This document shows positions 1 through 8,772 of a stretch of DNA of 50,849 nt, in pieces. The stretch comes from Alistipes senegalensis (GTDB lineage: Bacteria; Cyanobacteriota; Vampirovibrionia; Gastranaerophilales; Gastranaerophilaceae). Position numbers and translations under genes: made by a program. How positions within the stretch are numbered: position 1 is the stretch's first letter; every line of letters begins with the position of its first letter. The notes beneath the pieces were generated by a model, which saw only the letters and a list, made by a program, of their open reading frames with translations, made no database searches and had not been told where the DNA came from. Where the stretch lies: the NCBI GenBank assembly GCA_963620955.1, contig CAVFCO010000113.1, positions 1 to 50,849 of the forward strand, written 5' to 3'.

Positions 1-1
1 A

Positions 2-127
2 CCAACTGCAATTATTGCTCACACTACAAAAGGTAAAGGCGTTTCATTTATGGAAAACCAAGCAGGCTGGCATGGTAAAGCACCTAACGATGAAGAAATG
101 GAAAAAGCCTTAGCAGAATTAGCATAA
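2..127 (+). CDS. Transketolase N-terminal subunit, C-terminal fragment (gene begins upstream of window)
   Basis: Frame 2 reads [41 protein letters not shown] then TAA at 125..127. The [14 protein letters not shown] segment is typical of the end of split transketolase N-terminal subunits. No start codon lies within the window. Confidence 0.6.
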   Translation, partial: PTAIIAHTTKGKGVSFMENQAGWHGKAPNDEEMEKALAELA

Positions 128-139
128 GAGGATAAAACG

Positions 140-640
140 ATGACAGTTACTCAATTAGATAAAGACAGAATTTTAGAAGTACACAAACAAACAGCAGAAG
201 TTATTAAAAAAGGAAACGGTCCTTTCTTCGCTAGAGTTTATGACAAAGACGGAAACATTGTTGCTGAAGCAGGTAATTCAGTTGTAAAAGACAATTGCCC
301 AGTATATCACGCAGAAGTTAATGCAATCAGATGTGCTTGTGCAAACTTAAAAACTTACGACTTAGCACCTTACGATTTGTCATTGTACGTAAACGCTGAA
401 CCTTGCATAATGTGCGTTGGTGCAATTATGTGGTCTGGTATTAAAAAAGTTTACTACGGTGTTCCATCTAAAGATGTTGAAAGAATTACAGGTTTCGATG
501 AAGGCTTCAAACCAAACTGGCATGAAGAATTTGCTAAACGTGGTATTGAAGTTGAAGGCAATATTGAAGTTGAAGCAGGTAAAAAAGTTCTTGAAGACTA
601 TGTAAATAGTGGTAAAGAAGTTTACATGCCATCAAGATAA
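140..640 (+). CDS. CMP/dCMP-type zinc nucleoside/nucleotide deaminase family protein
   Basis: HAEVNAI and PCIMCVGAI zinc-binding motifs (H-A-E ... P-C-x-x-C). AAGAGGA RBS lies upstream of the ATG. Confidence 0.85.
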   Translation: MTVTQLDKDRILEVHKQTAEVIKKGNGPFFARVYDKDGNIVAEAGNSVVKDNCPVYHAEVNAIRCACANLKTYDLAPYDLSLYVNAEPCIMCVGAIMWSGIKKVYYGVPSKDVERITGFDEGFKPNWHEEFAKRGIEVEGNIEVEAGKKVLEDYVNSGKEVYMPSR

Positions 641-664
641 GATGTAATTCTTAGTTTAAACTTA

Positions 665-716
665 AATCGGCACGGATTTTGAAAAAATCCGTGCCGATTG
701 TTTTACTTTGTTTTTG
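665..716 (+). terminator. Rho-independent terminator after the deaminase gene
   Basis: Perfect 16-bp stem aatcggcacggatttt / aaaatccgtgccgatt with a 3-nt loop, followed by a T-rich tract. Confidence 0.7.
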
Positions 717-743
717 TCATACCCCTCTGTCAAATTTTGTGTC

Positions 744-775
744 ATACCGCAATAAAGTGCGGTATCTATTTTTGA
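744..775 (+). terminator. Second small hairpin with T-run in the convergent intergenic region
   Basis: 7-bp stem ataccgc / gcggtat followed by ctattttt. A 9-nt direct repeat tgtcatacc occurs at 715..723 and 740..748. Confidence 0.35.
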
Positions 776-802
776 CGAGAGGTTGTGGAATTACGTGTTT
801 TA

Positions 803-1348
803 TTATTTAATAAGTGCTTGAACTTCTTTGAAGTGAGGGTGTCTAGAAGTTTTCAATAATTCAAATAAAACTGCTTCTGTTGCAGAAATTTTTGCACCGT
901 TTTGTTCCATTAATCTAATTCCAGATTTGAAATCGTCTTTTTTACGGCTTGCACAAGCATCTTTTACAACGTAAACTTCAAAGCCGTTTTCGATTAAGTC
1001 TGCAACTGTTTGGTGAACGCAAATATGTGCTTCAATACCACCAATAATGATTTGTTTTTTACCGAAAGATTTTAATTTATCCAAAAATCCTTCATCTTTT
1101 AATGCTGAAAATGCTGTTTTTTCAAACATTGTAGTATTTTCACCGATGTGAGTTGAAACAAAATCAACAGTTTTTCCCAAACCTTTTGGATATTGTTCTG
1201 TAATGATTGTTGGAATACCTAAAATATTTGCAGTTTGCAAAAGAATATTACTTTTTTTTACTACAGTATTTTTTTCAAGCATTGCTACTAATTTTTCTTG
1301 AATATCAATCAATAAAAGTAGGCAATTTTTTTCGTCTAAAGTGTTCAT
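803..1348 (-). CDS. Isochorismatase-family (cysteine) hydrolase
   Basis: LLLIDIQ N-terminal motif, IIGGIEAHICVHQT and a VVKDACASR catalytic-Cys region. AAGGAG RBS. Confidence 0.85.
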   Translation of the reverse strand: MNTLDEKNCLLLLIDIQEKLVAMLEKNTVVKKSNILLQTANILGIPTIITEQYPKGLGKTVDFVSTHIGENTTMFEKTAFSALKDEGFLDKLKSFGKKQIIIGGIEAHICVHQTVADLIENGFEVYVVKDACASRKKDDFKSGIRLMEQNGAKISATEAVLFELLKTSRHPHFKEVQALIK

Positions 1349-1357
1349 ATTTTCTCC

Positions 1358-2632
1358 TTATTTCTGTGAAATTTTTAAGGCGTTGTCTAAATCTGCGATG
1401 ATATCATCAACATCTTCTAGTCCAACTGAAAGTCGCATAAAATCTCGTCCAATACCACATTCTTCCATTTGCTCATCTGTCAATTGACGGTGAGTTGTAA
1501 GTGCTGGATATGTAATAATTGTACGAGAATCACCGATATTTGTTGCGTGAATTGGAAGTTTTAAATTTTCGATAAACTTAACTCCACTTTCTCCGCCGTT
1601 TTTAATTCCAAAACTTACGATAGATGACGCACCTTTTGGCATATATTTTTTTGCTAATTCGTGGTAAGGACTGTCTTCTAGCATTGGATAATTTACCCAA
1701 GTAACGGCTTCGTGATTTTTCAAGAAGTTTGCAACCTTAAGTGCAGTGTTAGAAAGTCTTTCCATTCTCAACGAAAGTGTTTCTAAGCCTTGAATAATCA
1801 AGAATGAATTCATTGGGCTAATGCAAGTACCTAAATCTCTTATCAATTGTGCTCTTGCTTTTACAATGTAAGCCATTTTTCCAAAGCATTCTACGTATTT
1901 TGTTCCGTGATAACTTTCATCAGGTTCTGTTAATTGAGGGAATTTGCCTGATTTTGCCCAATCAAAATTACCGCTATCAACGATTATTCCACCCATTGAG
2001 TTTCCGTGTCCACCGATATATTTTGTTAGTGAGTGAACCACAATATCTGCACCCCATTCAAACGGTCTGCAAAGATATGGTGTTGTGATTGTATTATCAA
2101 CGATTAGTGGAATATTGTGTGCGTGTGCAACTTTTGCAATATTTTCGATGTCTGCAATCTTTAAAGATGGATTATTTAACATTTCAACAAAAATGCATCT
2201 TGTTTTATCTGTAATCTTTGCTTCGTAATCTTTTGCATCATCAGAGGTTACAAAATTAGTTTTGATACCCATTTTGCCTAGAGTTACGTTTAAAAGGTTA
2301 ACTGTACCGCCATACATATTTGTTGAGGCAACTACTTCATCTCCTGAATCAGCAATGTTTAAAATTGCAATAAGTGAGGCAGATTGACCAGAAGACACTG
2401 CTAATGCACCAACACCACCCTCAAGTGCTGTGATACGTTCTTCAAGAGTGTTAGTTGTTGGGTTTGAAAGTCTTGTGTAAATATCTCCGCTTTGTTTCAA
2501 ATCAAATAAATCTGCTGCGTATTGAACTGAGTCAAAACTGTACGCAGTTGTTAAGTACACAGGCACAGTCGGAGATTTTCTATTTTCTGAGGCTTTGTGT
2601 GCACCTTGTACGCAAATTGTGTCAAATTTCAT
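1358..2632 (-). CDS. metY: PLP-dependent O-acetylhomoserine/O-acetylserine sulfhydrylase (Cys/Met metabolism family)
   Basis: 424 aa. SLTKYIGGHG PLP-lysine motif, YTRLSNPT and GLEDVDDIIADL family signatures. Confidence 0.85.
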   Translation of the reverse strand: MKFDTICVQGAHKASENRKSPTVPVYLTTAYSFDSVQYAADLFDLKQSGDIYTRLSNPTTNTLEERITALEGGVGALAVSSGQSASLIAILNIADSGDEVVASTNMYGGTVNLLNVTLGKMGIKTNFVTSDDAKDYEAKITDKTRCIFVEMLNNPSLKIADIENIAKVAHAHNIPLIVDNTITTPYLCRPFEWGADIVVHSLTKYIGGHGNSMGGIIVDSGNFDWAKSGKFPQLTEPDESYHGTKYVECFGKMAYIVKARAQLIRDLGTCISPMNSFLIIQGLETLSLRMERLSNTALKVANFLKNHEAVTWVNYPMLEDSPYHELAKKYMPKGASSIVSFGIKNGGESGVKFIENLKLPIHATNIGDSRTIITYPALTTHRQLTDEQMEECGIGRDFMRLSVGLEDVDDIIADLDNALKISQK

Positions 2633-3051
2633 TAGTTTCTCACATTCATTTTAATAATATCTGAAATCCAAGGAATATAACTGTATCTTCCCATAAAAGA
2701 TGTTGCAACCAAGTAGAAAATAAATGTATAAATTAATATTTGCAAAATCGAAAATCCAAAAATTAGTGGCATCATTATTGGGAAAATTACCATTGAAAGA
2801 ATGTTTCTAACAATTGGAATAAAATTTATCACTGAAGCAAGCATTCCTAAAATTTGGCATGCTAAAAAGTAAGCAATTGCAAGAAAAATTGATTGAAAAA
2901 TATGATATTTCAAAAAAGGTCTTACGCTTGATTTTGTAAAAATACCTAGTAAAAGCCAAATAAAACCAATAAAACCTGAAGTTAGATAACTTAATGCAGA
3001 TACGATTCTTTCAATCATATAAGGTTTTTCGTATCTATTATGCATTTTCAA
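2632..3051 (-). CDS. Small polytopic membrane protein, function unknown
   Basis: 139 aa with about four hydrophobic helices. Its stop overlaps the metY ATG (TAATG), so it belongs to the same operon. Confidence 0.6.
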   Translation of the reverse strand: MKMHNRYEKPYMIERIVSALSYLTSGFIGFIWLLLGIFTKSSVRPFLKYHIFQSIFLAIAYFLACQILGMLASVINFIPIVRNILSMVIFPIMMPLIFGFSILQILIYTFIFYLVATSFMGRYSYIPWISDIIKMNVRN

Positions 3052-4135
3052 GCAATTCTCCTCGTCTTAAATCTTCAATATAATCTTCTAACAACTGAAT
3101 ATAAACAAGTTTGTATTCGTCGTTTTCAGGTACTAAGTTTACTGCAACTCTGTATGATTTTAAAGAATCTTCAATTCTATTGTTCATATAGTATGTGTTT
3201 GCAATCAAAACGTGAATGCTTGCATCTTCTGGACTTAATTCCAATGCTTTGTTGTAGTATTCAAGAGCCTTGTCGTAATCTTTTGCATTTGAATACATAT
3301 TTCCAACTAAGATATAAGCATTCATTTGTTCAGGATTTTCTTCAATTGCTTTTTTGTATAATTCTAAAGCACCTTCATTGTCTTTGAAGTCTGCTTTTGA
3401 AATTGCGTAGCAAATATAAGTTTTATAATTATCACCCTCAATACCTAATGAAATATCAAAGAATTTGTAAGCATTTTCTTGGTCTTTCATTAAAGAATAT
3501 GTGTTTGCAATACAGATTGTAACTGTTTTGTTTGTTGGGTTTAATTCATAAACTTTTAAATAATGCTCTAAAGCATTTTTGTAATCAAACAATTTGAAAT
3601 ATATGTTACCCAAATCAACGTGAGAAGTTAAGTTGTCAGGGTCTAGTGATAACGCTTTTTCATAGTATGCTTTTGATTCAATAAAATCATCATAATCGTG
3701 GTATAACAAAGCGATTGCGTTATAAATTTCAGGATTTAATGAATAGAAATCAATTGCACGATTGTAGTAATGAAGTGCTTTTGAGAAGTTCTTCATTTCT
3801 GCATAAGTGTTACCTAAATTGAAGTAAACAAGATAGTTTTCTGGGTCGTATTCCATTGCCTTTGTATAGTATTTCAAGGCTTTTTTGTATTCTTTGTCAA
3901 AATAATAAATACTACCAAGATTTAACAACGCTTGAGAATCTTTTGGGTATAGGTTCAAAAGACTTTCGTAAACAGAGATAACTTTATCAAATTTGTTATC
4001 CATTGCGTACAATTTAGCCAATGTATGGTAATTATCCGCATTACTAGGGTCTTGAGCCATTGCCAAGATTGTTGCGTTCAATTCTTGTTGAACTTCTTTT
4101 TGTATTTGTTCGTTTTTATCCATTTCGTTACTCAT
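3038..4135 (-). CDS. TPR-repeat protein
   Basis: Repeated 34-aa units with the pattern A..YY.KAL.L.P.N (for example ALKYYTKAMEYDPEN, ALEYYNKALELSPED). Confidence 0.8.
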   Translation of the reverse strand: MSNEMDKNEQIQKEVQQELNATILAMAQDPSNADNYHTLAKLYAMDNKFDKVISVYESLLNLYPKDSQALLNLGSIYYFDKEYKKALKYYTKAMEYDPENYLVYFNLGNTYAEMKNFSKALHYYNRAIDFYSLNPEIYNAIALLYHDYDDFIESKAYYEKALSLDPDNLTSHVDLGNIYFKLFDYKNALEHYLKVYELNPTNKTVTICIANTYSLMKDQENAYKFFDISLGIEGDNYKTYICYAISKADFKDNEGALELYKKAIEENPEQMNAYILVGNMYSNAKDYDKALEYYNKALELSPEDASIHVLIANTYYMNNRIEDSLKSYRVAVNLVPENDEYKLVYIQLLEDYIEDLRRGELLENA

Positions 4136-4183
4136 ATATCTATTTTACTGCATAATTTTAATTTGGCAAAATTTTTGTCAAAA

Positions 4184-4585
4184 TTAGTCTTCGTATTCTG
4201 CGTATTCTTTAGATTCTTCTTTCCATTTTTCTTCGCTTACACTGAAAGCATGACTCCAGAATTTTTCGATAGCATAAGTTTCTCGTTCATCTCTTTGTAG
4301 AATATGAACAACTACATCGCCGTAATCAAGTAAGTTCCAACGATTTTTTAAATCGTTTTCTTCTCCGTTTGGAAATCTTTGGAATAAATTTTTGATTTTT
4401 TCTTTTACGTTTCCAGTTAAGGCTTTTACTTGAGTTGTAGAATCAGCAGAACAGATTACGAAATAATCTGCCAAAGATGAAACTTGGCTTATGTTTAATA
4501 CAGAGATATTTTTTGCTAATTTATCGTCCAAAATTCTTGCAACGATGCAGGCAAATTTATCTGATGTCATTGTTTGTTCTGGCAT
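4184..4585 (-). CDS. rsfS: Ribosome silencing factor RsfS (iojap family)
   Basis: ADYFVICS, LLDYGDVVVHIL and RE.Y.IEKFW motifs. Start moved to ATG 4585, because the longer ORF (to 4651) would overlap rpiB, whose stop is at 4588..4590. Confidence 0.8.
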   Translation of the reverse strand: MPEQTMTSDKFACIVARILDDKLAKNISVLNISQVSSLADYFVICSADSTTQVKALTGNVKEKIKNLFQRFPNGEENDLKNRWNLLDYGDVVVHILQRDERETYAIEKFWSHAFSVSEEKWKEESKEYAEYED

Positions 4586-4587
4586 AA

Positions 4588-5019
4588 TTATGACTCCATC
4601 ATGTCGATTCTTTTTTGGTGTCGTCCGCCTTCGTATTCGCTTGCTAACCAAGTGTCAACGATATCGAATGCTAATGCTTCACCAGTGATTCTTTCGCCTA
4701 AGCAAAGAACATTTGAATCATTGTGATTTCTTGAAAGTTTTGCAGTAAGGCTTTCACGTGCTAGAACTGCTCTGATGCCTTTTACTTTATTTGCAACGAT
4801 AGAAACACCAACGCCTGAACCACAGCAAAGGATGCCTTTTTCATATTCGCCACTTGCAACACTGTTTGCAACTGCTTTTGCGTAAACTGGGTAGTCGCAA
4901 GAGTCAGCAGAATATGTGCCGTAGTCTTTTACTTCGTATCCTTTTTCTTCTAAATATTTTTTAAGTGTATTTTTTAGGTTGAAACCTGCGTGGTCTGAAC
5001 CTATCGCAATTTTTGTCAT
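4588..5019 (-). CDS. rpiB: Ribose-5-phosphate isomerase B
   Basis: MTKIAIGSDHAGF..., CGSGVGVSI and RNHNDSNVLCLG motifs. ATG at 5019 is preceded by a GGAGG RBS; the longer track ORF is an upstream extension. Confidence 0.85.
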   Translation of the reverse strand: MTKIAIGSDHAGFNLKNTLKKYLEEKGYEVKDYGTYSADSCDYPVYAKAVANSVASGEYEKGILCCGSGVGVSIVANKVKGIRAVLARESLTAKLSRNHNDSNVLCLGERITGEALAFDIVDTWLASEYEGGRHQKRIDMMES

Positions 5020-5113
5020 TACATAATCCTCCATTTTATTTTTATTATACAAAATCACTTGCCTCAACGCAAAACTGTTAAATTTTTATTTAAAAAACTT
5101 AATAAAAATTTTA

Positions 5114-5142
5114 TTGCAATTTGCCTGTTTATTAGGTAAAAT
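5114..5142 (+). promoter_or_regulatory. Putative sigma70-type promoter for lysA-cdaA-yitT
   Basis: TTGCAA, 17-nt spacer, TAAAAT, about 20 nt upstream of the lysA RBS. Confidence 0.35.
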
Positions 5143-5161
5143 AAACAAACAGAGGTATTAA

Positions 5162-6493
5162 ATGACGACGAGTTTAAATCAATTTATAAAACCTGTTACA
5201 ACAAAAGTCAATGGAAAGGGTAATCTTGAAATTGGCGGTTGTGATTTAGTTGATTTGGCAAATGAATATAAAACTCCGTTGTATGTTATTGACGAAGAAA
5301 CATTAAGAGGAATTTGCAAGAATTACAAAGATGCTTTTTCAAGTTATGAAAAAGTTAATTTTATGTATGCCTCAAAAGCCCTATGTACAAGTGCGATTAC
5401 AAAAATTGTAGAAAGCGAAGGCTTTGGTTTTGACGTTGTTTCTGGTGGCGAAATTTACACTGTATATAAAGCCGGTGTAGATATGAAAAAAGTTCTTTTT
5501 AATGGAAATAATAAAACGTTAGAAGAACTTGAACTTGCCATAGAATGCAAGGTTGGTCATATTTCTGTTGATAATTTCTTAGAATTATCAATGCTTGATA
5601 AGGTTTCAAAAGAAAAAAATATAAAAACAGATATATTTTTAAGAGTTACTCCAGGGATTGAATGCCATACGCATGAATACATTCAAACAGGCAATTTGGA
5701 TTCAAAATTTGGATTTGATTTATCTCAAGTTGATGAGGCTGTAAATTTAATTTTAAACAAGTATAAAAACTTGAATTTAAGAGGTTTGCACGCACATATT
5801 GGCTCTCAAATCTTTGAAACACAAGTTTATTATGATGAAATTGATATTTTGATAAAAGAACTTGTTAGAATTGAAAAAGAACATGGTATTTCACTTGATG
5901 AAATCAATATTGGCGGTGGATTGGGTGTAAAATACGTTGATAGTGATGTTCCGCCATCAACTCATACAATTGCAGAAGTGATAATTAACTCTGTTAAAAA
6001 AAGTTGTGAAGCATTAAATGTTGATTATCCGACAATTTATTTAGAACCAGGGCGAAGCATAATTTCAACTGCAGGTGTAACTTTATACACAATTGGAAGT
6101 GAAAAATATGTTCCAAATGTGCATAAAACTTATGTTTCTGTAGATGGAGGAATGGCTGATAATCCTCGTCCAAGTATGTATCAAGCAGAATATGTTGCTC
6201 AAATTGCAAATAAACCTGAAGAAGAATGTTTACGAAAAGTAACAATTGCGGGTAGATTTTGCGAATCAGGTGATGTGTTGATTAAAGACATTGATTTGCC
6301 TGAACCAAAGGCTGGCGACGTTCTTTGCGTGTATAACACAGGTGCTTACAACTACTCAATGGCAAGTAATTACAACAGAGTACAAAAACCTGCAATGGTA
6401 CTTGTAAATTCAGGACATTCTGCTATTATAGTAAAGAGAGAAACTCGTGATGACTTATTGCGTTATGATGTAATTCCAGATAGGCTAAAATAA
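5162..6493 (+). CDS. lysA: Diaminopimelate decarboxylase
   Basis: 443 aa, alanine racemase-fold decarboxylase. YASKA PLP-lysine region, HIGSQ, GGGLG, EPGRS and CESGD motifs. Confidence 0.9.
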   Translation: MTTSLNQFIKPVTTKVNGKGNLEIGGCDLVDLANEYKTPLYVIDEETLRGICKNYKDAFSSYEKVNFMYASKALCTSAITKIVESEGFGFDVVSGGEIYTVYKAGVDMKKVLFNGNNKTLEELELAIECKVGHISVDNFLELSMLDKVSKEKNIKTDIFLRVTPGIECHTHEYIQTGNLDSKFGFDLSQVDEAVNLILNKYKNLNLRGLHAHIGSQIFETQVYYDEIDILIKELVRIEKEHGISLDEINIGGGLGVKYVDSDVPPSTHTIAEVIINSVKKSCEALNVDYPTIYLEPGRSIISTAGVTLYTIGSEKYVPNVHKTYVSVDGGMADNPRPSMYQAEYVAQIANKPEEECLRKVTIAGRFCESGDVLIKDIDLPEPKAGDVLCVYNTGAYNYSMASNYNRVQKPAMVLVNSGHSAIIVKRETRDDLLRYDVIPDRLK

Positions 6494-7401
6494 TGTTAAA
6501 TGAAATAATACAAACTTTTCAAACTCAACTTGGAGCAATGCATTTATCGATTAAATTCGGTTGGTTAGATATTGCAGAAATACTTATTATAGTTGCGTTT
6601 TTGTATGCTGTTTATCGTAAATTTATCAAAAATACGCAAGCAGAAAAGTTGGTTAAGGGTATATTATTCTTAGCGTTGATGTGGTTTTTCTCAGAACTTT
6701 TAATTAGAATTGATTTAAACATTTTGGGTATGTTCTTGAGAACTACTGTTTTAATGATTGCATTGAGTTTAATCGTTATTTTCCAACCAGAACTTAGAAG
6801 ATTTTTAGGATATTTGGGTCAAGGTGGATTTTTCAACGAATTGATTACAAGTAATCATGCAAAAAAAGATTTAGAAGTTGATGTTATAAAAGAAATTATT
6901 GAATCTGTAAAATATCTTTCAAAAAACAAAGTAGGGGCATTGGTTGTGTTCCAAAATGCAATTGATACTTCTTTATTTTTTGATGTTGGAACAAAAATTG
7001 ATGCTTTGATTTCAACAGAGTTGATTTTGACAATATTCCACCCAAACACTCCGTTGCATGATGGTGCAATGGTTATCAAAGATTTCAGAATTCATTCAGC
7101 AGGGGTATTATTGCCGTTGACAGAAGATCCAAAATTAAGTTGGAAATATGGTACAAGACATCGTGCAGCAATTGGTGTTACTGAAGTTAGCGATTGTGCT
7201 TGCCTTGTTGTTTCTGAAGAAACTGGTGATGTTTCTGTTTGTATGGACGGAACATTGAAAAGATATGAAGATTTGGCAACCTTGAAAGCCGATTTAGAAA
7301 ATATTCTTGGGCTAAAGAAAGATGTTGAAATCACAAACCAAAAAACAATTTTTAAAATAGATAATTTAATTACAATAAAGAAAAACGAACACGAGAAATA
7401 A
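6493..7401 (+). CDS. cdaA: Diadenylate cyclase (c-di-AMP synthase), membrane-anchored CdaA type
   Basis: Three N-terminal hydrophobic helices, then a DAC domain with TPLHDGAMVI, GTRHRAA and SEETG motifs. The ATG overlaps the lysA stop (TAATG). Confidence 0.85.
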   Translation: MLNEIIQTFQTQLGAMHLSIKFGWLDIAEILIIVAFLYAVYRKFIKNTQAEKLVKGILFLALMWFFSELLIRIDLNILGMFLRTTVLMIALSLIVIFQPELRRFLGYLGQGGFFNELITSNHAKKDLEVDVIKEIIESVKYLSKNKVGALVVFQNAIDTSLFFDVGTKIDALISTELILTIFHPNTPLHDGAMVIKDFRIHSAGVLLPLTEDPKLSWKYGTRHRAAIGVTEVSDCACLVVSEETGDVSVCMDGTLKRYEDLATLKADLENILGLKKDVEITNQKTIFKIDNLITIKKNEHEK

Positions 7402-7402
7402 A

Positions 7403-8287
7403 ATGGGACTTTTAAAAAAACAAAAACCGGTTATTGAAGCAAAAACAAAAGGACAAATATTTAGAGAATATTTATCTTCATGTTTTGTAATTGCTTTAGG
7501 TGCAATGATTGCGGCTTTTGCTCTAGAATGCTTTTTATTACCAAACGATATCATTGACGGTGGTGTAATCGGTATTTCAATGATGATAAGTTACATTACA
7601 AAATGGAACTTAGGTATTTTGGTTGTTGCAATAAACTTACCGTTCATATATTTGGCACTGCAAAAAATGGGTAAACGCTTTGTTTTCAACGTTTTGTACG
7701 GTGTAAGTATGTTGGCGATTTTCATCAACTTGTTTGCTCATTACAAAGCAACAGAAGCACCATTATTGGCAACAGTTTTTGGTGGTGTAATTTTAGGTGT
7801 TGGTGTTGGTTTGATTTTAAGAAGCGACGGTGCATTAGACGGTACTGAAATTTTATCAATCAGACTTGCAAAAAAACTAGGTTTTTCTGTTGGTGAAATA
7901 ATTATGTTCTTCAACATCTTTATTTACACGGCAGCAGGCTTTTTGTATGGCTGGGACAGTGCAATGTATTCGATTTTGACATACTTTATCGTATACAGAG
8001 TTATTGATATCGTTTTAGAGGGGTTAAACAGTTCAAAATCAGCATTAATAATTTCTCAATATCCAAAAGAAATTGGGAACGCAATCATCAAAGAATTAGA
8101 CATAAGTGTTACTTACCAAAAGGGTAAGGGCGGTTATTCTGGTCAAGAAAAAACAATTATTTATTGCGTTGTAAACCGTTTAGAAGTATCAAAAATGAAA
8201 AAATTAATCAGAGAAATTGACCCAGAGGCATTTTTGGTAATTCAAGATGTTTACGAAGTTGAAGGTGTCAGAGTTAAAAAGAAATAA
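7403..8287 (+). CDS. YitT-family membrane protein (DUF2179 C-terminal domain)
   Basis: Polytopic N-terminal region with a GGVIGIS motif. Soluble C-terminal region of about 80 aa is typical of YitT/DUF2179. Starts 2 nt after the cdaA stop. Confidence 0.75.
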   Translation: MGLLKKQKPVIEAKTKGQIFREYLSSCFVIALGAMIAAFALECFLLPNDIIDGGVIGISMMISYITKWNLGILVVAINLPFIYLALQKMGKRFVFNVLYGVSMLAIFINLFAHYKATEAPLLATVFGGVILGVGVGLILRSDGALDGTEILSIRLAKKLGFSVGEIIMFFNIFIYTAAGFLYGWDSAMYSILTYFIVYRVIDIVLEGLNSSKSALIISQYPKEIGNAIIKELDISVTYQKGKGGYSGQEKTIIYCVVNRLEVSKMKKLIREIDPEAFLVIQDVYEVEGVRVKKK

Positions 8288-8343
8288 AACTAGACAATCT
8301 TGATAAATTGTTATAATATAAAATTAACAAGGAGAAGTAGAAT

Positions 8344-8697
8344 ATGGCAGGAAAACATTCAGATACAATTCCAATAGAGGTAAGCATTTTAACTGCAGAC
8401 CACGATATCAAAGGAACTGTACACGTTTCAAAATATACTAATACAAACCGTGAGTTAACAGATTTGTTGAACGATAAAGAACGTCGTTTCCTTGCTGTTA
8501 CAAATGCAGAAATTTATTCAAGAAATTCTACTCAACCACCAAGAAGATATAATTTCTTGGAAATTCACATGGACTATGTTTTAATGGTTCACCCATCTGC
8601 TCAAGCAGTGTTTAAAGAATCTGCAAAGGCTCAAGAAGATATCGCAAGATTTAGAGATTTAAGATTAAAATTAAATCAAACAAAACCTTTTAAATAG
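8344..8697 (+). CDS. Hypothetical protein (117 aa)
   Basis: Clean ORF with an AAGGAG RBS. I recognise no motif. Confidence 0.5.
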   Translation: MAGKHSDTIPIEVSILTADHDIKGTVHVSKYTNTNRELTDLLNDKERRFLAVTNAEIYSRNSTQPPRRYNFLEIHMDYVLMVHPSAQAVFKESAKAQEDIARFRDLRLKLNQTKPFK

Positions 8698-8727
8698 GAT
8701 TTAGAAAAAATTTATTGTTAGAATAAT

Positions 8728-8752
8728 ATGCCCGATTTTTAAAATCGGGCAT
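8728..8752 (+). terminator. Perfect palindromic hairpin between the hypothetical gene and serA
   Basis: atgcccgatttt / aaaatcgggcat, 12-bp stem. No clear downstream T-run, so it could be a weak terminator or a binding site. Confidence 0.4.
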
Positions 8753-8772
8753 TAAATTACAAAGGTAGGGAT

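Noticed and set aside
2632-3051. Calling the 139-aa membrane protein a Tic20-like protein on the basis of the cyanobacterial-lineage context.
   Set aside because: Only size and a four-helix hydrophobicity pattern support it. I cannot point to a family-specific motif, so it is left as an unknown membrane protein.
4586-4651. N-terminal extension of the rsfS ORF (MVSKRIRRRTTPKKNRHDGVII) in the six-frame track.
   Set aside because: It overlaps the 3' end of rpiB. An in-frame ATG at 4585 sits 2 nt after the rpiB stop, and the conserved RsfS core starts after it.
5020-5067. Upstream extension of rpiB (MRQVILYNKNKMEDYV).
   Set aside because: The conserved RpiB N-terminus MTKIAIGSDHAG starts at ATG 5019, which has a GGAGG RBS at proper spacing.
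5068-5161. Possible lysine riboswitch upstream of lysA.
   Set aside because: The intergenic region is under 100 nt, almost entirely A/T, and lacks the L-box conserved helices. It holds only a promoter-like TTGCAA-17-TAAAAT.
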